Source: Synechococcus sp.
GTDB taxonomy: Bacteria; Cyanobacteriota; Cyanobacteriia; Thermostichales; PCC-7336
Direction: 5' to 3'
Assembly: GCA_051439425.1 (NCBI GenBank)
Contig: JBFRWD010000102.1
Location: forward strand, 5,603 to 69,602
Length of the DNA: 64,000 nucleotides
Shown here: positions 1-11,974 of the stretch, in pieces
Layout: each line of letters begins with the position of its first letter
Numbering within the stretch: the stretch's first letter is position 1
Notes under the pieces: model-generated
Told to the model about the DNA's origin: nothing
The model's database searches: none
Seen by the model: only the letters and a program-made list of their open reading frames with translations
Translations under genes and position numbers: made by a program

Positions 1-188
1 ACCAGCATGCCATCGTCGTTACGCTTGCCAGGACCGACAGCCACAATCTCGCCCACCTGAGGCTTTTCTTTGGCAGCGTCGGGTAAGTAAATGCCGCCAG
101 CGGTCTTCTCATCACTGCTGGCAATCTTAATAAAGACGCGATCGCCCAAGGGCTTTAGGGAAGATGCGTTCAAAGTTAGTGTTGGCAT
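1..188 (-). CDS. groES: Co-chaperonin GroES, 5' part (runs off the window start; absent from the ORF track)
   Basis: Reverse strand from ATG at 188 reads [60 protein letters not shown], with the Cpn10 PLGDRV and AGGIYLP motifs. Confidence 0.97.
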   Translation of the reverse strand, partial: MPTLTLNASSLKPLGDRVFIKIASSDEKTAGGIYLPDAAKEKPQVGEIVAVGPGKRNDDGML

Positions 189-263
189 AGGAGCTCTCCT
201 TCGCGGTTTGTGGCGAAGCGTAGAAACGTCAGTACGAGTACAATTCGCTGGGCAAGGGACGTT

Positions 264-290
264 TTAGCACTCTCGCCCGTCGAGTGCTAG
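264..290 (-). promoter_or_regulatory. CIRCE operator (HrcA site) upstream of groES
   Basis: TTAGCACTC-N9-GAGTGCTAG, one mismatch from TTAGCACTC-N9-GAGTGCTAA, about 75 bp upstream of groES. Confidence 0.92.
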
Positions 291-352
291 TTTACCAGTG
301 GCAATTTTTGGGTGACAACCAGATGCGGGCGGCTGCTTCCCCTACTGAGCAG

Positions 353-368
353 GTAGTAGTAACCGAAC
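353..368 (-). promoter_or_regulatory. Possible K-box-like element upstream of groESL
   Basis: Minus strand GTTCGG-TTAC-TACTAC versus the K-box GTTCGG-NNAN-CCNNAC; the second half matches only partly. Confidence 0.35.
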
Positions 369-624
369 TTCGCGAGTAAATCCTGGAAGATATTGCACGA
401 CCAGACAGCCGCTCGCCGGGCTCTCAGCATGAAGCTAGAGTGTCAAGGTGCTTTCAGATTTTGTGCGGGGGGTTAGGGCCGCCTGGCTACGCTATCGCCT
501 GCTTGAGCCTCACTCCGGTCGCCGTTGCGTGCAGCACATTAGGCGTCTCCGAAGGCAGGTACTGGATGGCGAAACCACAATACACTGAGAAAGCAAAACC
601 GGTTAATTCTGGCTCTCACCATCC

Positions 625-3600
625 ATGTCTTTTCAACCCATCGTGCGCGCAATGGGGCAGTTGCCCATTGCAGAAGAACTCCGCTCTAAGCTAGCCGACC
701 AGAATGAACTAGCGCTGTGCGGTGTGGGGCGCATTCCGAAAGGACTGGTCATCTCGGCGTTACTGCAAGCGAGCGATCGCCCTCTGCTCGTCATCACAGC
801 AACCTTGGAAGAAGCCGGTCGATGGTCGACTCAATTAGAGGCAATGGGTTGGGAGACGGTGCACTTCTATCCCACAACCGAGACTTCCCCTTACGAGCCC
901 TTCGACTCTGAAGACGAGATTATTTGGGGACAACTGCAAATTCTGACGGATTTAGCCACCCCATCTAGCACCAATCTGGGTAGCACAGCCATCGTGGCAA
1001 CCGAACGGGCGCTACAACCCCATCTACCACCACCCAAGATCTTCCGAGAGTTCTGCGTAAGCCTCCACACTGGAGAGTCGTTGACTTTCAAAAAACTCAG
1101 CGAGCACTTAACGCGTCTGGGCTACGAGCGCGTTGCATTGGTGGAAAAAGAAGGGCAGTGGAGTCGTCGTGGCGACATTATCGACATCTATCCCATCTCG
1201 ACTGAATGGCCCGTTCGGCTAGAGTTCTTCGGAGATGAACTGGAGAAAATTCGCGAATTCGACCCCGCCACCCAGCGATCGCAAGACACCCTGTCAACCA
1301 TCACTCTCACCCCCACCAGCTTGACCCCTATCCTGCTGCCGGTCTTGCGGGAGAACGCCGATATTCACGAAGACATCGAAGCGCTCGTCACAGCAGAAGA
1401 GCATCCTCAGGGGCTGCGCCGGTTCTTGGGATTGGTATACGAACAGCCCGCCAGTTTGGCTGATTACCTACCGGATAATGCTGCGATTGCGATCGACGAA
1501 CCCGATCAGTGCAGTGCTCACGCCCAACAGTGGGTAGATCATGTCGATGAACAGTGGCCAGCTATCCAGGAGCAACAACCCTATCTCGATCAGATTCACC
1601 GCTCCTTCTCCGACTGCACGGCAACGCTTGAAGATCGCGCACGCCTCCTACTTTCAGAATTAGTCACGGATGACGGTGGCCTCGATTTAGCGGGTAAATC
1701 ACTGGCCTCCATTCCCCACCAGTTCGGAGCCTTGGCAAAAACCATTCGAGACGAACTAAAGCGCCATAACCGTCCCTGGATTGTTTCTGCCCAGCCCTCT
1801 CGCTCCGCTGCTCTGCTACAAGAGCACGACTGTCCCGCCCAATATGTCCCCAACCCCAATGACTATCCGGCAATTGACAAACTCGGCAACCAACAGGTGC
1901 CCGTTGCTCTGAAATACTCGGGTCTGGCAGAAGTTCAGGGATTTGTCTTGCCCACATTCCGCACGTCACTCGTGACCGATCGCGAGTTTTTTGGCCAGCA
2001 ATCCCTATCCACTCCCACCTACATCCGAAAGCGCCGTCGAGCCGTCTCCAAAACCGTCGATCCCAACCAACTCAAACCGGGAGACTTCGTTGTCCATAAA
2101 AATCACGGCATCGGCAAATTCCTCAAGCTAGAGAGCCTCACCCTCAACAACGAAACTCGCGAATATCTGGCTATCAAGTACGCCGACGGAGTGCTGCGGG
2201 TGGCTGCCGACCAGCTCAATACTCTCTCCCGCTTCCGCTCCACCGGCGGCAAAAACCCGACGTTGCATAAGATGCAGGGCAAGGTGTGGGAAAAAACCAA
2301 AAATAAAGTCCGAAAAGCCATTCAAAAAGTGGCCTTCGACTTGCTGGAACTGTATGCCAAGCGGGCCGAGCAGCAGGGCTTCTCCTATCCAACCGATTCC
2401 CCCTGGCAACAGGAGATGGAAGACTCTTTCCCCTACCAACCCACACCAGACCAGCTCAAAGCCACCCAAGACGTGAAGCAAGACATGGAAAGCGATCGCC
2501 CCATGGACCGCCTGGTCTGTGGAGATGTGGGCTTTGGAAAAACTGAAGTGGCCATCCGGTCGATCTTCAAGGCGGTCACGTCCGGCAAACAAGCCGCTCT
2601 GCTAGCCCCCACCACCATCCTGGCCCAACAGCACTACCACACCATCCGCGAACGCTTTGCCCCCTACCCGATGGAGATTGGCCTGCTCAACCGCTTTCGC
2701 ACTGCTGGAGAACGCAAAAACATCCAACAGCGATTGGCCACTGGAGAGCTAGACATCGTAGTGGGCACCCACCAACTCTTGGGAAAAGCTGTGAAGTTTA
2801 AAGACCTCGGCCTCTTAGTGGTGGACGAAGAGCAGCGCTTCGGGGTGAATCAAAAAGAGAAAATCAAAACCCTCAAAACTCAAGTGGACGTTCTTACCCT
2901 GTCCGCTACCCCTATCCCCCGAACCCTCTACATGTCCTTATCGGGCGTACGGGAAATGAGCTTGATTACCACTCCGCCACCGTCTCGTCGCCCTATCAAA
3001 ACCCACCTATCCCCCTACGATCCGGAAAAAGTCCATGCAGCTATTCGCCAAGAACTCGATCGCGGCGGCCAAATATTCTATGTCGTGACCCGTGTCGAAG
3101 GCATCGAAGAGGTGGCTGCTCGTCTGCGATTGATGATTCCCAGCCTGAGAATTGCGATCGCCCACGGTCAAATGGCAGAAGGGGAACTGGAAGCAACGAT
3201 GATCGCGTTCAATAACGGCGAAGCGGACTTGTTAGTCTGTACCACCATCATCGAGTCCGGGTTGGATATTCCGCGAGTCAACACCATCCTGGTGGAAAAT
3301 GCCGAACGTTTTGGCTTATCCCAGCTCTATCAGCTCCGTGGCCGCGTTGGACGAGCTGGCATCCAGGCTCATGCTTGGCTGTTCTATCGCAAAGCTAGCA
3401 AGCTAACAGACGATGCTCGAAAACGTCTACGAGCCATTCAAGAGTTCACACAACTGGGCTCCGGTTATCAATTAGCCATGCGAGATATGGAAATTCGCGG
3501 CGTCGGCAACCTACTGGGGGCACAGCAATCCGGACAGATGAATGCTATCGGCTTCGACCTCTATATGGACATGCTGAATGAGGCGATCGCCAAAATTCGC

Positions 3601-4089
3601 GGTCAAGAGATTCCCACCGTGGACGACACCCAGGTGGATCTCAATCTGACAGCCATGATTCCCGAGAAATATATCTCCGACCCCGATATGAAGATGTCCG
3701 CCTACCGCCAAGTGGCCGCCGCTAGCTCGCGGGTGGAGCTGAAAGGAATTGCGGTGGATTGGAGCGATCGCTTCGGTACTCTCCCCAAACCGGTAGAGGA
3801 GCTATTGCGGGTCATGGAATTGAAGTACGTCGCGAAGTCTTTAGGATTCTCTCGCGTCAAACCGGTGGATGCCCACGTCATTCTCGAAACTCCGATGGAA
3901 GAGCCTGCATGGGATCGGCTCAAAGCCGCACTTCCCACCCACCTGCAGCCTCGCTTTGTCTATCAACCAGGCAAGGTAACGGTCAGAGGTTTAGGGGCCA
4001 TGCCTGCTGGTCAGCAGTTGGAGTTTCTCATCCAATGGCTGGACAAGATGAGCACAGCGGTGGGAGAGCCCGTTGCGACTGTTAATTAA
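625..4089 (+). CDS. mfd: Transcription-repair coupling factor
   Basis: 1154 aa; UvrB-like N-terminus, CarD/RID ([13 protein letters not shown]), SF2 helicase motifs [36 protein letters not shown]; TRCF C-terminus. Confidence 0.98.
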   Translation: MSFQPIVRAMGQLPIAEELRSKLADQNELALCGVGRIPKGLVISALLQASDRPLLVITATLEEAGRWSTQLEAMGWETVHFYPTTETSPYEPFDSEDEIIWGQLQILTDLATPSSTNLGSTAIVATERALQPHLPPPKIFREFCVSLHTGESLTFKKLSEHLTRLGYERVALVEKEGQWSRRGDIIDIYPISTEWPVRLEFFGDELEKIREFDPATQRSQDTLSTITLTPTSLTPILLPVLRENADIHEDIEALVTAEEHPQGLRRFLGLVYEQPASLADYLPDNAAIAIDEPDQCSAHAQQWVDHVDEQWPAIQEQQPYLDQIHRSFSDCTATLEDRARLLLSELVTDDGGLDLAGKSLASIPHQFGALAKTIRDELKRHNRPWIVSAQPSRSAALLQEHDCPAQYVPNPNDYPAIDKLGNQQVPVALKYSGLAEVQGFVLPTFRTSLVTDREFFGQQSLSTPTYIRKRRRAVSKTVDPNQLKPGDFVVHKNHGIGKFLKLESLTLNNETREYLAIKYADGVLRVAADQLNTLSRFRSTGGKNPTLHKMQGKVWEKTKNKVRKAIQKVAFDLLELYAKRAEQQGFSYPTDSPWQQEMEDSFPYQPTPDQLKATQDVKQDMESDRPMDRLVCGDVGFGKTEVAIRSIFKAVTSGKQAALLAPTTILAQQHYHTIRERFAPYPMEIGLLNRFRTAGERKNIQQRLATGELDIVVGTHQLLGKAVKFKDLGLLVVDEEQRFGVNQKEKIKTLKTQVDVLTLSATPIPRTLYMSLSGVREMSLITTPPPSRRPIKTHLSPYDPEKVHAAIRQELDRGGQIFYVVTRVEGIEEVAARLRLMIPSLRIAIAHGQMAEGELEATMIAFNNGEADLLVCTTIIESGLDIPRVNTILVENAERFGLSQLYQLRGRVGRAGIQAHAWLFYRKASKLTDDARKRLRAIQEFTQLGSGYQLAMRDMEIRGVGNLLGAQQSGQMNAIGFDLYMDMLNEAIAKIRGQEIPTVDDTQVDLNLTAMIPEKYISDPDMKMSAYRQVAAASSRVELKGIAVDWSDRFGTLPKPVEELLRVMELKYVAKSLGFSRVKPVDAHVILETPMEEPAWDRLKAALPTHLQPRFVYQPGKVTVRGLGAMPAGQQLEFLIQWLDKMSTAVGEPVATVN

Positions 4090-4284
4090 CGGATCGAGCC
4101 TGTGAGTAATTGCTCGGCTATGCCCGTCATTTGTAGTATTGGCCATTTCAGTTAGGACAGAAGCTCCGATCGCCGTCAGGTGTAAACCCATAGCTGACAT
4201 GTCCGCAGTGGTATGGCCACTGCCATAGCCCGATCCATAGCTACGCTCAAGTCATATCCTCGATCGACATCTTGACTTGCGCCC

Positions 4285-5211
4285 TTATTGCGCTGGGAAC
4301 ACCGCTGAAATGACAGCTTCAGGGTCAATATCTGCCAGCCTGCCAGACTTCGACTGCACCGCTCTGTAGGGGCCATCTGCTGGCAATCGGAATGCAGGCT
4401 TACTGTCTCCAAACAGGGCCACAACTGGGGTTTGAGCAGCAACTGCTAGCTGCATGGCTGCACTATCCGGACAGACAACCAATGTTGCACCGGCGATCGC
4501 GGCAGCCAATTGACCCAAATCGTTGGGGGTCATCACCGCTACATCAGACAAACCGGCCTGCACGGGGGCTGCATTATTCCCATCCGCTACTAAAACCACC
4601 GGTAGCTCGGGGCGCTTCTCGCGGAATGCACGGGCAATACTTGCCCATTTTTCTATCGGATATTCACCACTCCCCGGATGAATAAGCAAATAGTCGGCAT
4701 CTTTCTGACCCAAAACCGATGTGCGGGTCTCTTCAGCCCAAGCCAAGTCCCCTTTTTTGAAGCGCACTTGAGGAAGATGAGACTTGGGGCTAATGGCAAA
4801 CGCCTGCAACAGATCGCAGTACATACTAGCCTCGTACTGTTCGGACTGCCGCTTTACCTTGTCAGTCAAAAAGAGATTAGCTTGGCCACTATACCCAACG
4901 CGTTTGGGAATACCGGAAAGCCAGATGAAAAACCGGAGCAGTGCATTGTCGCTGAGGGCAATCACAGCATCGTAATAGGCGTCTCGCATCTGCCCCAGCA
5001 AGTTACCCAAATCTGCCAAGCTGAGGGATTCTTGATAATCAAACGGGATGACGCTGTCAACGGAGGGGCAAACCTGATAGGCATCTAGGCTTTTCCTTTC
5101 CGCGATCGCGTGAATCTGAGCATCGGGATAGGCATCTCGCAGCGCTTGTAAGGTGGGAAAAAACAACACCTGATCGCTAACGTCGCCGGGAACCAGTGCA
5201 AGGATGCGCAT
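4285..5211 (-). CDS. Glycosyltransferase family 9 (heptosyltransferase-like)
   Basis: MRILALVPGDVSDQVLFFPTLQALRDAYPDA start; IHPGSG and DSAAMQLAVAAQTPVVALFG GT9 motifs; ATG at 5211 preferred. Confidence 0.85.
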   Translation of the reverse strand: MRILALVPGDVSDQVLFFPTLQALRDAYPDAQIHAIAERKSLDAYQVCPSVDSVIPFDYQESLSLADLGNLLGQMRDAYYDAVIALSDNALLRFFIWLSGIPKRVGYSGQANLFLTDKVKRQSEQYEASMYCDLLQAFAISPKSHLPQVRFKKGDLAWAEETRTSVLGQKDADYLLIHPGSGEYPIEKWASIARAFREKRPELPVVLVADGNNAAPVQAGLSDVAVMTPNDLGQLAAAIAGATLVVCPDSAAMQLAVAAQTPVVALFGDSKPAFRLPADGPYRAVQSKSGRLADIDPEAVISAVFPAQ

Positions 5212-5550
5212 TCTTAGCCTGCCAACTAGCCAACCGCTCCCCATTCTGCCACCCGATGAGCATAAATGCTTGAGTTTACGTATCTCGATAAGGGATCTTA
5301 AAAGTCGTTTGGACTTTGTTGCTGTTGCACAAATCCCTCAGAATCCTCTAACAGTCAATTGCCGAGATGACCCATACACTAGGATTCTGTCAGGTTTGCG
5401 ATGAGGAGATGCTATCAGCATTGCAACAAGTCTGGTGGCAGATGGTTCGCCTATCAACTTTTCCACTGACACAGACAGCAACAGCAGCGTACATGTCGGC
5501 GTCCAGCAGTACATCAATATGCATGTCAGCAATAGTGACGTGAGGTGCAA

Positions 5551-6003
5551 ATGAAAGTCATTGTCCAACGGGTACTCTCATCGTCAGTCACTGTAGACGA
5601 TCAAATCATCGGTCACATCAAGCGTGGCTTAAACCTTCTGATTGGTATTGCCGACAGCGACACCAGTGCCGAAATTGATTGGATGGCGAACAAGCTGCTC
5701 AACTTACGCGTATTTACAGCCGACAACAGCAACAGCAACTTTCAGTCCAGCGTCCTCGACATTGGTGGCAGCATTCTAGCCATCAGTCAGTTCACGTTGT
5801 ATGGAGATTGTCGCAAGGGACGACGCCCATCTTTTACGGGCTCAGCCGGTCCCGAACTTGCCGAACCGCTATATGAGGAATTTGTCTCAAAACTACGTGA
5901 AAGCGGCCTGCACGTGGAAACAGGCCGCTTTGGGGCAGATATGAAAGTTGATATTCTCAACGACGGCCCTGTCACACTCATTGTCGAGCGGGAGTCTAGC
6001 TAA
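5551..6003 (+). CDS. dtd: D-aminoacyl-tRNA deacylase
   Basis: MKVIVQRV start, SQFTLYGD motif, [15 protein letters not shown]. Confidence 0.96.
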   Translation: MKVIVQRVLSSSVTVDDQIIGHIKRGLNLLIGIADSDTSAEIDWMANKLLNLRVFTADNSNSNFQSSVLDIGGSILAISQFTLYGDCRKGRRPSFTGSAGPELAEPLYEEFVSKLRESGLHVETGRFGADMKVDILNDGPVTLIVERESS

Positions 6004-6068
6004 ATGAGCGGGAGAACATGAGTTGGATGGTGTCGCGTCACCGGAATGCCCACAGGCAAATCCTCAAA

Positions 6069-6806
6069 TTACGAAGCAGCCTCTTCAAGCAGCTCGGATT
6101 CTACAGAGTTTGGCAACTCCAAGCAGTAGCCAGCACCATACACAGTCTTGATGAACTGAGGATGCCTAGGATCGGGCTCTAGCTTAGTACGCAAGTGACG
6201 AATATGAACCCGGATGGTTTCAATATCATCGTCAGGGTCATAACCCCACACTTCTTTCAAAATCTCGCTGGGGGATACCGTTTGCCCGTGACGCTGCATC
6301 AGGCAATGCAATAGCTCGAACTCAAGGTGAGTCAGCTTGACAGTATTGCCAAACCAAACAGCTTCAAAGCGTTCGGGGATCAGCGTTAAAGGACCGTAAC
6401 TCAAAATTTCGCTGTGTTTAGCAGCTTGAGGGATGCGATCGGTACGACGCAGCAGAGCACGCACGCGTACCAGTAACTCCTGAATTTCAAAGGGCTTGGT
6501 GAGATAATCATCGGCGCCAGCATTGAAGCCATCTACCTTATTCTGGGTTTGACCCAAGGCAGTCAGCATCAGCAGTGGGATTTCTGCAGTGCGCTCGTCG
6601 CGACGCAGGCGTTGGCACACAGTGAATCCATCTACCTTAGGTAGCATCAGATCGAGCACAATCATGTCTGGCAGCAACTGCAATGCCAGAGCCTGACCCT
6701 TGATACCATCAGGGGCCTTGAACACCTCGTATCCTGCCAAATCAAGGTTGACAGACACCAACTCCAGGATCGCCGGGTCGTCGTCGATTACTAAGACTCG
6801 GGGCAT
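6069..6806 (-). CDS. rpaA: OmpR-family response regulator RpaA (circadian output regulator)
   Basis: Receiver [26 protein letters not shown] and w[35 protein letters not shown] match RpaA as I recall it. Confidence 0.93.
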   Translation of the reverse strand: MPRVLVIDDDPAILELVSVNLDLAGYEVFKAPDGIKGQALALQLLPDMIVLDLMLPKVDGFTVCQRLRRDERTAEIPLLMLTALGQTQNKVDGFNAGADDYLTKPFEIQELLVRVRALLRRTDRIPQAAKHSEILSYGPLTLIPERFEAVWFGNTVKLTHLEFELLHCLMQRHGQTVSPSEILKEVWGYDPDDDIETIRVHIRHLRTKLEPDPRHPQFIKTVYGAGYCLELPNSVESELLEEAAS

Positions 6807-7340
6807 AAGAATTTGCCTGTTGTTTAGGACAATTGATGAAACTATTCGAATCTGTTTTCATCTTAATAGATGTTTGGAAATCATACACATTAACTCCCAG
6901 TTTTGAGAAATGGTGCAGGAGAACCCTAAAATCTCCTCACGCAATAGTCCATTGCTGTAAATAGTGAGGCAATTCTCGATCGCAACCCCTGCATCCACAA
7001 TCGTCAGCGAGATCGCCGCAAAGTCTAACCTTATATGGGGTGGAAGAAAGAGAAACTGGTTGGCCGACCTGACAAAAGACCGCACAGTACCGGCCTTTTT
7101 GTAACGGCCATTTACACTTCAGAAGCAGCCAGCGATCGCTAAAGATTTGCTTTAGAATTCTCCGTCGACATCATTTAGATTCTTGGAAATTGCATTTATA
7201 AATTCTTAAGATTTTGCGTTAAAGCGCTGAAATATGCCGGAATCTAGGGCGAGGGGGTAACCCGAATCCAATGGTATATATCCTCGGTGGGGAGCTACGC
7301 AGTTTTCAGATTCCGCAATCACGGCCGGGGATCTGGCAAA

Positions 7341-7934
7341 TTATTCAATGTCGGACAAGCAGTTGTAGGCAACATCCCAAGTCTCACAACTCGTCAAGGT
7401 GCGAATCACAGAGGGTAAGGGAGTGCTATGAATCCCAGGAAGGTCGGTTTCCCCAGCCACCTGTAAGGCAAATGCAAGTTGCTCCTGAGGAGGCGTAAAT
7501 TGTGCATCGACCGTGGCTGTATTGCCTCGCGCATCCATCCGGTACCAGCCGAGCTCTCCCAGGCATACTGCATTGAGACCGTGCAAACAGTACGGCGATC
7601 CGACGCCATCAATGCTGAGCCTCTGGTAGCACAAGCCAGCAGCAATGCCATTGGCTCTTAGTAGTGCAGCTAATAGATGGCTTTTGGCATAGCAGTATCC
7701 CGTTCTATATTTCAGGACTTCTGAGGCTTTACAGGTGACAGGATTTAGTTCGTAGTCAACACTATGGCGGATTTCGTCTCTCACCCACTCAAAGCATACT
7801 TTGGCAATCTCGGTATCTCGTGTCAGTCCACGAGCCAACCGTTCCGCGAGCGCAGTAACGCCACGGTCCTGCCAATCAATGTAGATACTGTGTTCGAGAT
7901 ATTGCGCAGAAACTGTTGCCATCACGACCCCCAT
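7341..7934 (-). CDS. Transglutaminase-like domain protein
   Basis: GYCYAKSHLLAALLRANGI (Cys), LHGLNAV (His), WYRMDARGN (Asp) triad. Confidence 0.85.
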   Translation of the reverse strand: MGVVMATVSAQYLEHSIYIDWQDRGVTALAERLARGLTRDTEIAKVCFEWVRDEIRHSVDYELNPVTCKASEVLKYRTGYCYAKSHLLAALLRANGIAAGLCYQRLSIDGVGSPYCLHGLNAVCLGELGWYRMDARGNTATVDAQFTPPQEQLAFALQVAGETDLPGIHSTPLPSVIRTLTSCETWDVAYNCLSDIE

Positions 7935-8351
7935 CCAAATTGATGACTAGCTGTTGAGTGACTGTGATAGTGGTATGGATGCGTTCGGCCATGCCCACAG
8001 CTTTCCTGCTCAAAGCCTTAGCTGGCTATAGAGAGCGTAAGCATGACTGAGGCTGCCCTCTATTCAAAAGCTGTCCGTATTTTAGGAAGCCCCAACGCTA
8101 TAGATATTCAAACAACCGAAGGATTGAAATGACGACCATCCTCTCCCACCTGCTATGAAATCTGGGATTCAGGCATTTTAGGCACCTTCGAACATTCAGT
8201 ACGGCCATCCAAGAGTCAGTGCGGAAACAAACAGTATGTCGGAAGTTTGAATCCCGTAATGATATATTTGTAAAGAAAACATTAAAAATCAGTATCAAAC
8301 ATCACTGCTGCTGAGTTTTGCGCCCACAACCCACTCGGGGAGGCAAGGGCT

Positions 8352-8543
8352 ATGGATATTCGCATCCATTTAGTCGTAACCACGGAAGATTATACGCTGG
8401 TTTGCTTTTCCGATCGGCGCGGGTGCCACTTTGAAGTTATCAATCGCTTAGGATTTATCCATCACGGCGATCGCGTCTTCCCCAACCCTACAGCCGCAGA
8501 ATGGGGTGGACGGGAATGGATTCGGGCAAACAGCCGAAGTTAA
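8352..8543 (+). CDS. Small hypothetical protein (63 aa)
   Basis: ATG after a purine-rich AGGCAAGGG; protein-like composition; lies in an otherwise empty gap. Confidence 0.45.
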   Translation: MDIRIHLVVTTEDYTLVCFSDRRGCHFEVINRLGFIHHGDRVFPNPTAAEWGGREWIRANSRS

Positions 8544-8913
8544 TCCAGGTCTGGTGGCGAGCATTCAATATTTAATATGGTGCATGGCTCAAGCAGATTC
8601 TAGAGATTAGCATCCTCACAGCCATCGCTGCATTCAGCGAACAGTACCAATTATCGATAGAGGTTCAAGGTCGCCACTCTTTGTGTATGCCAAATTCGAT
8701 AACACAATTTGAGGCACATACCAATCCTCCGCACAATCAGCCGATAGGTACGTTACCTTTACGACTTACCCCCTTGCCGTCACTACAGGCACCGCCAGAC
8801 AAGCGGCAAACACGCAATAGAAGACCGTTCAAAACCTTCTTCAACACATTCAGATTTAATGGCCTACAACTAGGAACACAAAAAAGGCATCCGTCAGCAG
8901 GCAAACAGCATAT

Positions 8914-9543
8914 CTAGGTGCCAGAGCCGAGCCTGCCCAGCACAAAGTCTTTCAGATACGACAAGAGATTAAAGCCAACTGTCAAAATTAAACTCGTAAC
9001 GAGCAATCCCAAAACCGACAGCCCAACTCCGATACTGGTAACAATTCCATCCTCATCGAGTAAGCCCACGCCAATGACAAAAATGGAGAAAGCCGGCAAT
9101 GTATTAGTGCCAGGGATAGGGATCATCATTGATATGGCCATCAGCGCGATCGCGCAAGCTAGCGCTCTATGTCCAACTTGACTGCGGCAGATCCAACTCC
9201 AGCGAGGGCGAGCAAAAACTTCAACCCTCTTCAGCACCCAGCTTCCTTTTTCCAGCACTGCCTTTGCAAAACTGGTGGGAACCGACCATTTTTGTACACG
9301 ATCCGGCAGCCAAGGTTGCCGACGGCCCAACACCATCTGCACAGCGAGGAATAGCAGTAGAACCCCAAATGGAACTGAATAGCCAGCTGCAGGCACAGGC
9401 ACGCCTGATGGCAGCGCAAGCAATGCAAGAAAAAAGCCGAACCCCCGCTCACCAGCCATTTGCTGAAGTTCAAAAAGAGAGATGCGCTCCCCCCGTACCG
9501 GATCTTGCAAAAAAGCGTCTAGGTCGGTGGACAGTTTGGCCAT
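8914..9543 (-). CDS. exoD: Exopolysaccharide biosynthesis membrane protein ExoD family
   Basis: GERGFGFFLALLALP, PWLP, MMIPIPGTNTLPA..GLLDEDG motifs; ATG at 9543. Confidence 0.88.
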   Translation of the reverse strand: MAKLSTDLDAFLQDPVRGERISLFELQQMAGERGFGFFLALLALPSGVPVPAAGYSVPFGVLLLFLAVQMVLGRRQPWLPDRVQKWSVPTSFAKAVLEKGSWVLKRVEVFARPRWSWICRSQVGHRALACAIALMAISMMIPIPGTNTLPAFSIFVIGVGLLDEDGIVTSIGVGLSVLGLLVTSLILTVGFNLLSYLKDFVLGRLGSGT

Positions 9544-9790
9544 AGGTGTCAACAGGCTATTTGCAGCCAGCAAAGCATTCGCACTAGATTACCAGTTCGT
9601 GCGTGCAGTCGAAATAACCCATATCGGCCACTCAGGCTCCAGACCCGTCTACAAGTGACTGCCATCAGCCTTCCAGCAATGTAGAGAATTGCGCAGAAAT
9701 TCGAGAATCGCTTTAGGCTAAGTAGGCGTAACGAGTTCGAACTTGTGCTGTCCCTAACTCGACGTTACTCCGATCTGCAACTGTCAAATC

Positions 9791-10162
9791 ATGACTTCTG
9801 AAACCCATACTGTTCGCATCTTCCACCGCCAAGAAAACAAGCACTATACGGTCGAGGTACCGAGAGATCGCTACATTCTTCAGTCCGCCGAAGCCGATGG
9901 AGCAGAGCTACCGTTCTCCTGTAGAAATGGAGCCTGCACAGCCTGCGCCGTTCGCGTGCAGTCCGGAGAGATTTCTCAACCTGAAGCCATGGGGTTGTCT
10001 AGAGACCTCAAGCGGCAGGGATATGCATTGTTATGCGTTAGCTACGCCTGCAGTGACTTGGAAGTAGAAACTCAAGATGAAGACGAAGTCTACGAGCTGC
10101 AGTTTGGCCGCTACTTCGGCAAAGGCAAAATCAAGATGGGTTTGCCGCTAGACGAAGAGTAG
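9791..10162 (+). CDS. fed2: 2Fe-2S ferredoxin with C-terminal extension (Fed2/FdC2 type)
   Basis: LPFSCRNGACTACA..LLC ligands plus the EVYELQFGRYFG..LPLDEE tail typical of Fed2/FdC2. Confidence 0.88.
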   Translation: MTSETHTVRIFHRQENKHYTVEVPRDRYILQSAEADGAELPFSCRNGACTACAVRVQSGEISQPEAMGLSRDLKRQGYALLCVSYACSDLEVETQDEDEVYELQFGRYFGKGKIKMGLPLDEE

Positions 10163-10424
10163 TCATGCCCCATAACAATTCCGAGCAAGCGATGACTAGT
10201 TACGTGCAAGCAATGATTAAGACGACGGTGAATCCACCACAACGGTAGCGTTCGTGGCTGGAGACCAATCCAAACTGAAAAACACTGCCCTTAGAGCCGA
10301 GCATCCGGATTCTTTCACCCAGCCAATGTCTCAGCCATCCCACAAAAACAAAGCAGGTCCCACGATAAGACCTGCTGACATTGATGAGGCATAACTTACA
10401 GTCACAAAAGAAGGGACCGAGTGC

Positions 10425-10532
10425 TTAGCCTTTGCCCTGACTGGCAGTTTGAACGTAAAGCAGTACCAGAAAAATAGAGGGTACGAACACGACCAAAATG
10501 AACGCCAACAGACCCAGATAATTGGTTTCCAT
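10425..10532 (-). CDS. psbM: Photosystem II protein PsbM (35 aa, missed by the ORF track)
   Basis: Minus strand ATG 10532 to TAA 10425 reads [35 protein letters not shown], matching the PsbM pattern LG...VP..FL..LYVQT. Confidence 0.93.
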   Translation of the reverse strand: METNYLGLLAFILVVFVPSIFLVLLYVQTASQGKG

Positions 10533-10801
10533 AAATCCGATTTTGAACCAGCAACGAATTGCTTATAGGCTAACACCCCCCGCTGCGGGTTGATTCACCC
10601 CTCTCTAGAAAATTAAGAAACATAACAAGTGACTGCGTTTTGCGTCGCCACTTTTCGGACTGTGCGATCGTGCTACGGCGATCCTGGAGTTCCCCTTAAG
10701 GACTCCCGCGTCAACTCTGAGATGGCAGCAACGTATATGAGAACGGCCAGGCGAGAAATTATTTTCTTGACAGAAGTTTCGTACAAGGTAAGGAGAAACC
10801 T

Positions 10802-11833
10802 ATGGCTACTCGGGTGGCGATTAATGGATTTGGTCGGATTGGGCGCATGTTCCTGCGCAGCGTCATTCAGAATCCAGGTGATTTAGAAGTTGTAGCAATT
10901 AACGATCTAGCCGACCGGGAAAACCTGGCATATCTCCTATCCTATGACTCTGCTCAAGGACCGTTGAATGCAAACGTTTCCTTAACAGATGAGGGATTGA
11001 TCGTTAACAGCACCCCCATTCGTGTCGTGAGTGAGCGAGATCCCGCTCAATTGCCTTGGGCGGAGATGAATGTCGACATAGTTGTGGAAGCAACTGGCCT
11101 GTTTACCAAGCGTGCCGACGCGGCTAAACATCTGGCGGCAGGAGCGAAAAAAGTCATTATCTCAGCTCCGGCCAAAGATCCCGACCTCACTATCGTCATG
11201 GGAGTGAATGACGATCTGTATCGTCCCGGCGAGCACAATATTGTCTCCAATGCCTCCTGCACCACAAACTGTCTCGCTCCTGTGGCCAAGGTGGTACTAG
11301 ACAACTTCGGGATCGAGACCGGCTTTTTAACGACCTGCCACGCATTCACGTCAACGCAAGGGCTGATCGATCGCCCCGATAAAAAAGATGTTCGTCGCGG
11401 TCGAGCCGCATCAATGTCGATCGTGCCGTCTTCGACAGGCGCAGCAACTGCTGTAGCCAAAGTGTTGCCAGAATTGGCAGGCAAGCTGGATGGCATGGCC
11501 TTGCGAGTACCCACTGTAACTGGCTCGGTGGTTGATTTTGTTGTCCGCACAGAGAAACCGATCTCAGCCGACCTGCTCCAATCCGCATTTCGCGGAGCCG
11601 CTAGTGGGTCGATGTTGGGAGTCTTAGGTATTGCTCCAGCACCGCTAGTATCGTGCGACATTATCGGTAGTCCGCTGTCCTCCATCATCGACACCAAATC
11701 CACAATGGTGTTGGGAGATTACACAGCCAAAATTCTGGCCTGGTACGACAACGAATATGGCTACGCTTCGCGGGTCAAAGATCTCGCCCAGATGATGGGA
11801 GCGAAGCTAGGGGTTGCGGTAAGAAGTGCATAA
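10802..11833 (+). CDS. gap: Type I glyceraldehyde-3-phosphate dehydrogenase
   Basis: INGFGRIGR, catalytic SNASCTTNCLAP, LRVPT, WYDNEYGY; AAGGAG ribosome-binding site upstream. Confidence 0.97.
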   Translation: MATRVAINGFGRIGRMFLRSVIQNPGDLEVVAINDLADRENLAYLLSYDSAQGPLNANVSLTDEGLIVNSTPIRVVSERDPAQLPWAEMNVDIVVEATGLFTKRADAAKHLAAGAKKVIISAPAKDPDLTIVMGVNDDLYRPGEHNIVSNASCTTNCLAPVAKVVLDNFGIETGFLTTCHAFTSTQGLIDRPDKKDVRRGRAASMSIVPSSTGAATAVAKVLPELAGKLDGMALRVPTVTGSVVDFVVRTEKPISADLLQSAFRGAASGSMLGVLGIAPAPLVSCDIIGSPLSSIIDTKSTMVLGDYTAKILAWYDNEYGYASRVKDLAQMMGAKLGVAVRSA

Positions 11834-11853
11834 CTAAGCCCATCAACACTTTC

Positions 11854-11881
11854 AAGGGCGGGAAAGTACCCGTCCTTTTTT
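11854..11881 (+). terminator. Rho-independent terminator after gap
   Basis: AAGGGCGGG-aaagta-CCCGTCCTT hairpin followed by a T run. Confidence 0.85.
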
Positions 11882-11974
11882 ACTGTGTAGGCAACGACAA
11901 GAACTCTGAGATATCCAAGTTGTTATTACAATGATTGAGATGAGCAATTGCTATTTCCCGGGGTGAGGCACGTT

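Noticed and set aside
7100-7116. TGTAA-N7-TTACA upstream of rpaA as an NtcA site
   Set aside because: GTA to TAC spacing is 9, not 8; the palindrome may be chance
8043-8132. 29-aa ORF MTEAALYSKAVRILGSPNAIDIQTTEGLK
   Set aside because: No recognisable family and no independent support
11047-11703. 218-aa ORF antisense to gap, and similar antisense or alternate-frame ORFs inside mfd, ftsH, lon, dusA, ctpA and others
   Set aside because: Shadows of strongly conserved genes; no recognisable motifs
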